Shown in pieces: positions 26,376 through 35,433 of a stretch of DNA of 56,247 nt (position 1 is its first letter; every line of letters begins with the position of its first letter). The notes beneath the pieces were generated by a model, which saw nothing but the letters and a program-made list of their open reading frames with translations, made no database searches and was not told the DNA's origin. A program made the translations under genes and the position numbers. The stretch is from the IMG/VR virus record IMGVR_UViG_3300012349_000002, positions 1 to 56,247 of that record; one strand, given 5' to 3'. This DNA is from a virus (Duplodnaviria; Caudoviricetes).

Positions 26376-27617
26376 TTAGCCTGGATACTGATCGTAAGCT
26401 CCTAGGCAATCGTGCAAGTCGATGTTAGCCGGGCAAGCCAAACTCAGGATGCCGTAACCAACCACAGGGTTGATCGGCTTGGAAGCGTCTGCGAACAGCG
26501 CCCTCCAGTAAATCATCGTCCCGTCCGGGTTACAAACGCGCTCCAAAATGTTGCGCGGCTCGAAGCTGCCCATCCAATCGTGCGGGTTGAAGTTCCAACC
26601 AGGTGCCGGATTCGTTACCGTGTTCACGGCCAAGCTTTGGTAGTTGTCCTGATGGAAGATGATCGACTCGATGTACGGTGCGGCGTCATAAGCGGGATTC
26701 CGCTCGTTCTTGACGCCTTTCGTGGTCGAACTCTGAACGAACGGCGCTACCTCGTGGTATGCGCCGCCGGAAAACGTGAACTTGCGCGGATACGGGTCAA
26801 TCTCGTGAACAAACCCGCCGTAATTTCGGCGCTTGGTTGGAAGGCCTGGCATCAAGAGACCGTCAAGACCTTGCCCCATCAGCGCATACTGCTGATCGGA
26901 TCGCAGCCCGGGATCGCCTCTGACGATGTTATCCGACTCTTCCGCTCCGGTAATTAATGTGAACACCGGCGCGCCCGTTCCTTCGTCGAGACCTTCGGAA
27001 AGGTCTCCGCCTTCACGCCATAGATCGGCATACAGCGATTTCAAAAGTTTCTGGCTGATCCGTGCGTCTGGAACATTCGTTACATTGTACGCCGTGGCGC
27101 TGTCCTGTTTCCCGTGGGCTTTGTTCAGGGTAAGTTTGTGACCTGCGAGCCGAACATATTCGCTGGTGTACCGGCTGGCCCAAGTCCATTCAGATACGTT
27201 GGAAAAACCGGACGTGATCTTGCTCAGGAACTCCGCGTACTGCCAATCGAATTGAATATCTCGGATACAGAAGTAATCCGAATCTATCGCCATGTGATCC
27301 GGCGCATAGTTCCGAGTGGTTTGACCGAACGAGACAGTATCAGTCGGCGGCAAACAGGCGTTAACCGTGTCTCCGTCGCTTTGCGCTATGGCAGCCCACA
27401 CGCCGCCGTACGTGTCCGGCATCATACGCTCGAACGTGACCGCGCTAATGGTGACGCCCATTCCGTTCATCCATGCGCCCCTGGTCTTTGCCATGAGCCG
27501 GATGATTGGACGTTTTCGCGCCGCGCGTACGAAGATGCCCGGGCCGAAGCGACCTGTCTCCGCTAAAAGTAAATTTTCAACAACCTGACAGTTTGTTGGA
27601 GTTGAAGTTGTAGCCAT
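26376..27617 (-). CDS. Major capsid protein (probable)
   Basis: 413 aa; same strand as and downstream of portal and scaffold; own promoter, AAGGA SD and 3' hairpin. Confidence 0.65.
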   Translation of the reverse strand: MATTSTPTNCQVVENLLLAETGRFGPGIFVRAARKRPIIRLMAKTRGAWMNGMGVTISAVTFERMMPDTYGGVWAAIAQSDGDTVNACLPPTDTVSFGQTTRNYAPDHMAIDSDYFCIRDIQFDWQYAEFLSKITSGFSNVSEWTWASRYTSEYVRLAGHKLTLNKAHGKQDSATAYNVTNVPDARISQKLLKSLYADLWREGGDLSEGLDEGTGAPVFTLITGAEESDNIVRGDPGLRSDQQYALMGQGLDGLLMPGLPTKRRNYGGFVHEIDPYPRKFTFSGGAYHEVAPFVQSSTTKGVKNERNPAYDAAPYIESIIFHQDNYQSLAVNTVTNPAPGWNFNPHDWMGSFEPRNILERVCNPDGTMIYWRALFADASKPINPVVGYGILSLACPANIDLHDCLGAYDQYPG

Positions 27618-27720
27618 TTTGTAAATCCTTTCCTGCGTGCAACGATGAACTGTTGCCGTTGGATACTGTCGTGCGTGTATCCAAACCGATTTACAAAACG
27701 CGGCCTCATTTTTGCGAGGC
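27617..27720 (-). promoter_or_regulatory. Structured 5' leader of the capsid gene
   Basis: 11-bp stem 27617-27627/27688-27698 enclosing two hairpins; further hairpin at 27703-27720. Confidence 0.55.
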
Positions 27721-27740
27721 TGTCTTGCTGCTGAGCATCG

Positions 27741-27800
27741 CTTTTAGCAGAAACCAAGCGGCTTGCAACATTTATTTTTAAGAATTTTCTTTCTTTTTTT
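27741..27800 (-). promoter_or_regulatory. Probable capsid-gene promoter with A-rich UP element
   Basis: TTGCAA-16 nt-TAAAAG preceded by an A-rich tract. Confidence 0.4.
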
Positions 27801-27824
27801 CTGGGATGCCTTAAACATCGTGGC

Positions 27825-28817
27825 GTGTTCACCCTTGGCACTGCGCGACCGATCCTCTGGCAATACGCCTCCAACGTCGCTTACGCCGATGCCACCGATG
27901 ATGATCTTCTCAGTTTTGATTCCAAACTTGCGCAGGTACTCGAACGCTTTTTTAATCTCGGTACCTGGCGCGCAATGTGGAAACGTCCGTTGCTTACGAT
28001 TTACGGAAACACATTGACGCTGCCGCGCGGATTCGATACGTGTCACGGAGTCGAAAATTCGTGCGGCTATCCGATGCCGATATATTCGCGGTTCCACGAG
28101 TTTGTTGCGCACGGTCCGTGTTTCCTCGAGAACACTTCCGCCACAAGTTGCCGTTATCCGAGTATCGGTTTAATTGACGAAGCTGCACAGACATTCATCG
28201 CACCGACAGGAACGTTCACACTTCGCGCTGTCGCAACCGAAGTATTAACCGATGGACTAAATTTCAACGGCGGCTTCGATCAGGACGGGAACGAATTGTT
28301 TGGTTCTATCACGCTAGATTTGGCAAATGGCACATCAGAAACAACGCAGCAATTCACGATTCTGCCAACGATCACCAAGCTAGTTACTTCAGACGCGGTC
28401 TCACTTTATTCTGTCGATACTACGACTTCGGATGCAACGCTGATCGCGGTTTACGCTCCCGGAGAAACCGTCCCGGCTTATCGACAATACATTGTCAATG
28501 GCGCGAATGATAGTGATGTTGTGCGCGCTCAATGCAAATTATCGTTCGTGCTCCCAAATGCCGATACGGATGTAATTGTGCCTTCAAACTTAGGCGCATT
28601 AAAGCTCGGATTGATGTCGATTCAGTTCGAGGATAAAAATGATCCTGTCCAGGCTGGTCTTTACATGGGGCCGAATTATCCGATGGATAATCCCGGCAAA
28701 CCATACGGTGCGATTGATCTTCTTGACGGTGAAGCGGGAGAACTCAGGGAAGCCGAGATACCAATGTTCAACGTCTCAACGCAGTACGCTGCTGGCAACA
28801 TTTATCAGGTAAAATAA
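27825..28817 (+). CDS. Head-tail adaptor/tail tubular-like protein (probable)
   Basis: N-terminal helices, LTLPR.F, C-terminal helices; leads the + structural cassette. Confidence 0.45.
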   Translation: MFTLGTARPILWQYASNVAYADATDDDLLSFDSKLAQVLERFFNLGTWRAMWKRPLLTIYGNTLTLPRGFDTCHGVENSCGYPMPIYSRFHEFVAHGPCFLENTSATSCRYPSIGLIDEAAQTFIAPTGTFTLRAVATEVLTDGLNFNGGFDQDGNELFGSITLDLANGTSETTQQFTILPTITKLVTSDAVSLYSVDTTTSDATLIAVYAPGETVPAYRQYIVNGANDSDVVRAQCKLSFVLPNADTDVIVPSNLGALKLGLMSIQFEDKNDPVQAGLYMGPNYPMDNPGKPYGAIDLLDGEAGELREAEIPMFNVSTQYAAGNIYQVK

Positions 28818-29695
28818 TGGCTTACACCGATAGGTTTTACGCCACGAGCGACGATGACGCGCAGTTCCCAAACGATCCGTTCAGGAAATACTTCGGAGGC
28901 GGTGCGCGCCCTTCGCCTACGCCGAAGCCGACTCCAACGCCGACGCAGGTGGCGATGCTCGGGCCCACGAAAGGATTGTTTTCCCCTGCGACTCCAACTC
29001 CAGCCACGGTTACGCCGCTTACCCAAAACGCAGCAAGTCGAGTAAACGCAAATGGCAGTCGCTACATCGCAGAAGGCGGCAGAGATTTAGGGCCGCAATA
29101 TGACGATCAAGGTCGCGTCAATCCTCTTCCACGCGGGGCAGTTGGTGTTCAAGGAAGTCCGGGCGCAAACGACTTTAATGTCAGCTTGGGCTACGGATAT
29201 GGATATTCCCAGAGTGGCGGGTCGCCTTCACGCGGCGGATTCGTTTCCGCTTCGCAGGAACAGGCTGTTACGGCGACCGCACCACGGATGACGCATACAG
29301 AAATGGCCGTTAACATTGCCCGACGCAATCTGGCCGCGCAATATCCTACGTCTAGTTTGGACGTTGGCGCGCAAGGCGGGCAGGCAGGAAGCCAATATTT
29401 CGCTTCCAATGAGACCAATCTCGCTGCGTCTGGTTCTGCTCTCCGCGCCGCGACTGCGTACCGCCCAACTCTAGAAACAGCAACGTTACCGGGCAAAGGC
29501 GCACTGGATATTGTTCCACCGGGAACACCGCTGATGTCTGTCAAAGGCATCGTCAATCCGTTTACGGGCCAGACATCGTATCAACCCATCAATCAAACTT
29601 CGCCATATCAAGGCCCGGCTAAATATCAGATCGAACAGGGCGCTACCGATTTCTATCGCAAACGGAACGAGGGATACGGTAGCGCATATCAATAA
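28817..29695 (+). CDS. Low-complexity internal virion/ejection protein (probable)
   Basis: Gly/Pro/Thr-rich; TAATG-coupled at both ends. Confidence 0.45.
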   Translation: MAYTDRFYATSDDDAQFPNDPFRKYFGGGARPSPTPKPTPTPTQVAMLGPTKGLFSPATPTPATVTPLTQNAASRVNANGSRYIAEGGRDLGPQYDDQGRVNPLPRGAVGVQGSPGANDFNVSLGYGYGYSQSGGSPSRGGFVSASQEQAVTATAPRMTHTEMAVNIARRNLAAQYPTSSLDVGAQGGQAGSQYFASNETNLAASGSALRAATAYRPTLETATLPGKGALDIVPPGTPLMSVKGIVNPFTGQTSYQPINQTSPYQGPAKYQIEQGATDFYRKRNEGYGSAYQ

Positions 29696-30642
29696 TGGCC
29701 GGACGACGAACATGGCGCGACGAACTTTCGGCTGATCGCTACGATCAAGGTCAACTGGAAAGCCAAGCCCTTCGACAGCAGCTTTTGGAGCAACAGGTAG
29801 CGAATCTTCCTCTTTCGAGGGAGGAACAGCAGTTAAAGTTCACTCATGCCCAAAGCCAAGAGGCAAAAGCGCGGTACGATCTGAATAAGGAAATCGAGAC
29901 TGACCGGCAAAGAACGGCATTTTACAATGGACTTCAAGAAGTCGAATCCTACCTGAACAATAATGGTGCGCCTATTGGCACACAGAAACACGCGGAAGCG
30001 TTTGCGGCTTATGCTCACGAATTTCCGCTTGCGCGTTCATCTGCGGATGTTCAGCAAATGCTCAAACTCCACGCTAATATCAATGACGATCAGGCAGCAT
30101 TAACGCAGAGAATCGCAGCGCGACAGGCTGCTGCCCAGGCGGCGGCTCCGGGTCAGAAAGCCGAACTATCGTCAATTACCGAATCAGGCGAGCCCACGCT
30201 AAGATTTAAGAGCGCCGAAGTGCCGGAGGAGGCGATACTGCGGTACGGTAAGATGAAAGGTGACGTTGCCCAGAACGAAGCCCTTTTGCTGCACGACATC
30301 AAGCGGCAAGCAGAGGCAAACCAAACTCCAAACATTCCGTATAATCCTGCGTTTGATGAAAAGTCAGCAAAGATCGCTGGCGATTTGGCGGCGTCTAAAG
30401 CCGAACTAGGAATTCTTACTCAGAAACATCCCCAGTTAATTCAGTCGGCAGTACCAATGACTACGGCTCAAACTCAGCCAGCAGCGGACATTGTTGCTCC
30501 TGCGCCGAATGCACCAGAAATCACGCTACCTCCGGTGGAAGCAGCGCCAACTTCGCATCCAATGGAAGGCCAGACCGTTCGTAACAAGCAAAGTGGGAAA
30601 ATTGGTGTAATCACCGATGGTCAGTTCGTTCCGAATGAGTAA
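29695..30642 (+). CDS. Helical internal virion/ejection protein (probable)
   Basis: Gln/Ala-rich coiled coil; second of three consecutive ejection-like genes. Confidence 0.5.
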   Translation: MAGRRTWRDELSADRYDQGQLESQALRQQLLEQQVANLPLSREEQQLKFTHAQSQEAKARYDLNKEIETDRQRTAFYNGLQEVESYLNNNGAPIGTQKHAEAFAAYAHEFPLARSSADVQQMLKLHANINDDQAALTQRIAARQAAAQAAAPGQKAELSSITESGEPTLRFKSAEVPEEAILRYGKMKGDVAQNEALLLHDIKRQAEANQTPNIPYNPAFDEKSAKIAGDLAASKAELGILTQKHPQLIQSAVPMTTAQTQPAADIVAPAPNAPEITLPPVEAAPTSHPMEGQTVRNKQSGKIGVITDGQFVPNE

Positions 30643-30651
30643 TTAAATGAG

Positions 30652-33498
30652 ATGCCTGCTGATCCGAATGATTATGAAATTGTCGCTAACCCAAGTGATT
30701 TTGAGGTCGTAGCAGCACCAAAGCCTGTCGAAAGTCCAGCAGTCGCCTACGGTCAGCGAATGGGCGGTGGTGAAGTGAATCCGAAAGGAACGCAGCAACT
30801 CGGAGAATTACTTCGCGGTGCGGATTTAGCGACAATTCCCAGCGATGTCGCAGCGACACTAACCCCTCTCACCGCCGTCCCACACGCAATTAAGGAAGCA
30901 TACGATGTGCTGCGAGGAGTTCCGGTTGAGCAAGCGGTTCCTGAAAGCCAGAAATTTGTAGGCGTCGAGACAAAGCCGCTGGAAGAACGGATCACGACTG
31001 GTGCGGACACCGCTATCCAACTCTTATTCGCCAAGGGAATCGCGGGCGGTCTGTCCGAGACGCTTGGATTCGCCGAGCGACCACCAATTTTACCAGAAAC
31101 GGCAGCAGTACCAGAAGTTCAACCACAAGGAGGTGAGACAGGTGCCATACAAGAGCAAAAAGCAGCAGAGATACTTCAACGTCCACGCGGCGGAATTGGA
31201 GAGGCAGGGGGTAAACGTGGCGGAGTGGAACCAAGCGTCCAAGGGCCAGAAATTGCCGCTCCGGGCGCGGAAGAAGGGGCGATAGCAGAGAAACCAAAAG
31301 AAGCAGCAGCTCCTGTTGCGGTGGAACCAACGATTCCAAATAGTCCAACGAGCCTTAAAAATGCTGTAGTTGATCAGGAACGTGAAGCAAGAGGATTGCC
31401 GTCTGTAGTTCAACCGGCGCGCCAAGGATTTGGCGAACTGTGGGACAGGGTATCGCAAAAGATAGATCAAGACCCAAATTATCCAGATCAAGTCATTCAG
31501 TCGCTCAAAGATAATAAACGTGCAATGACGGCAGAGGAAGATGCCGCCTTGCTCCACCGTCAGGTTGATCTCCAAAATCAGTACGCAAAAACTAATCAGA
31601 CGGTAATAGACGCGAAGGCTGCGGGTGACGATACAGCGTTGTCGGAAGCCAGTGCGCGATCCAAGGCGTTGTCCGATCAATTACTGGAAATTTACGATAT
31701 TGGCAGGGCTGGTGGGCGCGAGACTGCGCTTGGGTTAAATGCCAGAAAACTTCTTTCAAACGAAGATTTTTCGTTGGGCAACATGATAACCCAAAAGCGC
31801 GCAGACCAAATGGGCGCGGAACTCACGCCGGAAGAAACCGCGCAAGTCACTAAGGCGCACGAAAACATAACCGCTAAACGCATCGCTTTGGACGCCTACG
31901 AAACATCTCCACGCGCTGAATCTTACCGCAAACAACTCCAGAAATGGAAGGATGAATACCAGCAGAGAACGACTGAGGGAGATTTCGCACCGACGGTTCG
32001 GCAACGGCTACTCCTCGATCCAGAGGGAATGAAAATTAAAGCCGACTTTGAAAGGTCTAAGGCCGATTGGCAGCGGTCACGAGTAGCCGATCAAGCGGCC
32101 AGCCGCACTCCAAGCCAGAAGTTTTGGGATAACTTCGTTGGCGTTGAGCGCGCAATGAAGCTGTCTTCTGACGTTGTTCTTGCCAAGTTGACCGCTGCCG
32201 CTGCCGTTCGCGAGGCCGGTCTTACCCCGGCGGAGCAGCTCGTTGGTAGTGTAACTCGTCAAATAATTCCCGGGATCGCCGCAAAAGCCCCAAGGTACGG
32301 TGGAGGATTCTCGCTCGATTCCGAGATAAATGCTAAACGTGAGATGTTCACCACGGGCATGAAAGATGCGTGGCAAAATCTCCAAATGAAGCAGACCGAT
32401 CTGGACGAACTTTACAAGACTGGAAAGATCAAAGCGCCTGACGAATTTTATGATTACATGGGTTATCTACACGGGGCGCTTAAAGCACCGATCAAGAGGG
32501 CTGAGTTTGCGCGGTCATTAACCGAGAGGATGAAATGGGCAACGCAGCAAGGCCAAGACGTGAATAGTCAACCGGTGATGCGGCAGTTGTCCGAGCAGGC
32601 GTACGTGGACGCTAATCGTTCGATATTCTTGCAGGACAACATCGTCAGTAAATCAATGAATTTGCTTAACCGCTACCTGGAAACGCAAAAGATAGCTCCA
32701 AACCTCGGGCCTGCTCTCTCGCGGATAAACAGGTTCTTAGTGCCAATCGTGAAAATCCCAGTAAACATCGTAGGGGAAGTCGCGGAAGGCGTTCACGGTG
32801 TCGCCAGTGGCGGAACGCGCGCTGCGCTTGCTTATATGAAGGGAGTATCGACCCTAGAACCTGCACAAGCCGATCTGGTAATGCGCCAGATCAATAAGGG
32901 GCTGATCGGGAATGGTCTGATTCTTACCGGCTATCTTCTACGTAATCAGGTTGGCGGATTCTATCACGATCAAGATAAACGCAGTCCAGCAGATGTTCAG
33001 CCAGGACGGTACAGAATAGGCTCAGTTGATCTTCCAGCATCGGCTGGGCACTCCACGGGTGCGATGCTTCTCAACATTGGAGCTACCGTTGGAAGGGTCG
33101 CAGAAGAACAAATAAAGAAAACATCATCTCAGACCAAGGGCGCCACAGAAGGATTGCGCGCGGCTGGTGCAAGACTAGCGCATGAAGTTCCCTTTGTTCC
33201 AGCCGTCACCGGAATTGTGGATGCGATGGATTCCAAGGGAGGATTCCAGAAGTATGTAAACGGGATGATAACTAGCACCACAACGCCTGCTCTGCTTTCG
33301 CATATCGCCAAGATAGCTGACACGCCGGGAACGTTCCCCGCGAACGCTTTGCAAGAAGCTACAAGGCGCAAACCAACCACTCCGGTTGAGGCGTTGAAGA
33401 TGGGCATTCCAGGGCTTCGACAGACGGTTCCAGAACCGAAGCCAAGAGGCGGCGGCGAAAGCGCGATAAGATCGTCTCGACAAAGGGAAAGTCGTTAG
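30652..33498 (+). CDS. Large internal virion/DNA-transfer protein (probable)
   Basis: 948 aa, mostly helical; C-terminal FL.P.VKIP.NI pattern typical of large podoviral ejection proteins. Confidence 0.55.
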   Translation: MPADPNDYEIVANPSDFEVVAAPKPVESPAVAYGQRMGGGEVNPKGTQQLGELLRGADLATIPSDVAATLTPLTAVPHAIKEAYDVLRGVPVEQAVPESQKFVGVETKPLEERITTGADTAIQLLFAKGIAGGLSETLGFAERPPILPETAAVPEVQPQGGETGAIQEQKAAEILQRPRGGIGEAGGKRGGVEPSVQGPEIAAPGAEEGAIAEKPKEAAAPVAVEPTIPNSPTSLKNAVVDQEREARGLPSVVQPARQGFGELWDRVSQKIDQDPNYPDQVIQSLKDNKRAMTAEEDAALLHRQVDLQNQYAKTNQTVIDAKAAGDDTALSEASARSKALSDQLLEIYDIGRAGGRETALGLNARKLLSNEDFSLGNMITQKRADQMGAELTPEETAQVTKAHENITAKRIALDAYETSPRAESYRKQLQKWKDEYQQRTTEGDFAPTVRQRLLLDPEGMKIKADFERSKADWQRSRVADQAASRTPSQKFWDNFVGVERAMKLSSDVVLAKLTAAAAVREAGLTPAEQLVGSVTRQIIPGIAAKAPRYGGGFSLDSEINAKREMFTTGMKDAWQNLQMKQTDLDELYKTGKIKAPDEFYDYMGYLHGALKAPIKRAEFARSLTERMKWATQQGQDVNSQPVMRQLSEQAYVDANRSIFLQDNIVSKSMNLLNRYLETQKIAPNLGPALSRINRFLVPIVKIPVNIVGEVAEGVHGVASGGTRAALAYMKGVSTLEPAQADLVMRQINKGLIGNGLILTGYLLRNQVGGFYHDQDKRSPADVQPGRYRIGSVDLPASAGHSTGAMLLNIGATVGRVAEEQIKKTSSQTKGATEGLRAAGARLAHEVPFVPAVTGIVDAMDSKGGFQKYVNGMITSTTTPALLSHIAKIADTPGTFPANALQEATRRKPTTPVEALKMGIPGLRQTVPEPKPRGGGESAIRSSRQRESR
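31142..31285 (+). CDS. Nested out-of-frame 47-aa basic protein (MPYKSKKQQRYFNVHAAELERQGVNVAEWNQASKGQKLPLRARKKGR)
   Basis: AAGGAGGTGA at 31127-31136, 5 nt before GTG; +1 frame inside 30652..33498. Confidence 0.7.
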   Translation: MPYKSKKQQRYFNVHAAELERQGVNVAEWNQASKGQKLPLRARKKGR

Positions 33499-33656
33499 CC
33501 TTTTACGCGCTTTAATCGTGGATTCTTGCGCTTGGCCGATGCGCTAGCCTTGCGCGTGCTGCTTGCCAGAATCGCACCTGCTCTTTGCTTGGATACGCCC
33601 ATGCGTTTCGCTATACGCGATTGAACTCTTGCAAAACCCGGATGTGATTTAGCCAT
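33495..33656 (-). CDS. 53-aa highly basic protein (MAKSHPGFARVQSRIAKRMGVSKQRAGAILASSTRKASASAKRKNPRLKRVKG)
   Basis: Read manually; TAATG-coupled to scaffold; GAGGAG SD. Confidence 0.7.
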   Translation of the reverse strand: MAKSHPGFARVQSRIAKRMGVSKQRAGAILASSTRKASASAKRKNPRLKRVKG

Positions 33657-34897
33657 TATGCTCCTCTCGCTACCGCCATTGCTTCGTTAAACCGTTTCTT
33701 CGCCAGCTCTGTTGGTGAAAGCTTCTCTTCACCGTTACCTCCGGGAGCTGCGCCCTGAGTTGTTCCTCCAGTTGGCTTTGCTGCTTTCAGTTTCGCGTTT
33801 TCGGTTGCCAACTTCTTAATCTCTTCCGTCAACGCCACACGAACCTCCTCCAATGCATCGTACGCGACGCCCTTTGCTATGGTGTCGGCTACGGTTTCGA
33901 GGCTTACACCTTCACCGTTGAATACCAATTTGGCTTTGGATTTCAGGCCGTCCGAGCGACCGTTCCAAGGATCGTTGCCCTCGAATTTGCGGTATGGAAT
34001 GAGTTCGTTCTCATATCTCGACATGGTGGCGTTCCAAATTCTATCTTCTGCTTCCCTTCTTTGATTCAGAGCCGTTTCTTGCTGAAGTTTTTGAGCTTCA
34101 GCCATCTGAGTTGATTCTACTTTCCAATTTTCAAGTGACGCCGTTTTATGTCTCTGGATTGAATCGTATTGGGCAAGATACGGAGCCACAGCCGCGATCA
34201 GTTCCGGGTCAGCTCCGGCTTCTTTAAGTACTCTGATCCGCTGCGATCCGTTCGTTCGGGCAGCAAGATCGACAATGGCAGGATTGACTTCCGTGCCTTC
34301 GAAGTAGGCTTTTGCTCCGTCGAGCGATGCCATCTCTTCCGAAATGAATTGCTTGAATTTTGGAGATTCAGTGAACGCCAGCCGCTCAATGGTAGATTCA
34401 AGTTCCTTCGCCTTATCCTCGGCGGCCTTTGCCCGATTATGAGCAGCCTCAATTTCGGCCTTGGTCGAACCGTCTGACGTTTTGGATTCCAATTCAGCTA
34501 TTCGTGTCAATTTCTCTTGGATAACTTTTTTGCTCTGCTCTTTCAGCTTTGCGAAACTGGCAACCGACTCGGCTTTGGCGGTCGCTGGAAGCGCCATCGC
34601 CTCAATCTCTGAAATGGCTTCGTCGATCTTTGGCTCAGATTTTTCGCCTGAAATCAATTCCTGCGGCAACGTCGCTTTCTTCGCAGGTGCGGCCTCCAGA
34701 GGAGTCTCTGGTTTTTCCGGTTTAGGTTCCTCTTTTGGAGCGGGTTTAGCTTCTGGTTCCGTAATTGGCTCGGCAGGCTTCGCTGCGGCCATTGCGTCAT
34801 TGAATCGCTTCATGGAATCCTCTATCCCCTGAGGGAGAACAGGATTAGGAAGTTCGGTTTTAGTTTCGATAGGATGTTCTACGGTATCTGCTGGCAT
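33656..34897 (-). CDS. Capsid scaffolding protein (probable)
   Basis: Pro/Glu/Lys-rich N-terminus, long coiled coils, downstream of portal. Confidence 0.65.
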   Translation of the reverse strand: MPADTVEHPIETKTELPNPVLPQGIEDSMKRFNDAMAAAKPAEPITEPEAKPAPKEEPKPEKPETPLEAAPAKKATLPQELISGEKSEPKIDEAISEIEAMALPATAKAESVASFAKLKEQSKKVIQEKLTRIAELESKTSDGSTKAEIEAAHNRAKAAEDKAKELESTIERLAFTESPKFKQFISEEMASLDGAKAYFEGTEVNPAIVDLAARTNGSQRIRVLKEAGADPELIAAVAPYLAQYDSIQRHKTASLENWKVESTQMAEAQKLQQETALNQRREAEDRIWNATMSRYENELIPYRKFEGNDPWNGRSDGLKSKAKLVFNGEGVSLETVADTIAKGVAYDALEEVRVALTEEIKKLATENAKLKAAKPTGGTTQGAAPGGNGEEKLSPTELAKKRFNEAMAVARGA

Positions 34898-34903
34898 GTT
34901 AGT

Positions 34904-35209
34904 TTATTGGTTGATTGCAAAATCTGATTTTTTTACACCGAAGGTGGCTTCTTCTTCTGGCTCTTGGATCGGCAACGGCTCGCCACAACTTAGGAGCAAC
35001 GTGATCACATCGTCGTGTTGCGCAATCCGGCTCAACCTTCGAACACTAACGATCTCCGGTGCATCGTCCATAGCGTCCACGGTTGGTTTCTCGTTTTGTA
35101 CGGCTACTATGGCTTGCGCAAGAACGGTGGGTTGCGCTCCGTCACCGCGCAAAAGCTCGCGCATTGCACCTACCAACACTGGGTTTGAACGGAATTGTTC
35201 CACGGTCAA
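34904..35209 (-). CDS. Small head-module protein between portal and scaffold
   Basis: Position and coupling. Confidence 0.55.
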   Translation of the reverse strand: MTVEQFRSNPVLVGAMRELLRGDGAQPTVLAQAIVAVQNEKPTVDAMDDAPEIVSVRRLSRIAQHDDVITLLLSCGEPLPIQEPEEEATFGVKKSDFAINQ

Positions 35210-35433
35210 GCTGCCCCCTTGATTGCATCTTCAGTCAGGTCATCTTTCGTAACTTCCCATTTCATTAACCCCGGATATTCCTCCGTCAATTCAGAGACTT
35301 CCACGGCAAATAGGAAGCTTGCCCAACACATGATATGCCGGATACCATTCAAATCAGTCGCTTCAAAAAAATGTGCATCCGAGTGCGCCTTCTTACAGTA
35401 ATCCACGTTAAATAGTGCTTCTCTTATGGTCAC
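35206..35433 (-). CDS. Hypothetical protein
   Basis: GTGA overlaps at both ends. Confidence 0.5.
   Translation of the reverse strand: MTIREALFNVDYCKKAHSDAHFFEATDLNGIRHIMCWASFLFAVEVSELTEEYPGLMKWEVTKDDLTEDAIKGAA

Noticed and set aside
27780-33500. Invertible segment explaining the opposite-strand cassette
   Set aside because: No flanking inverted repeats seen and no invertase encoded
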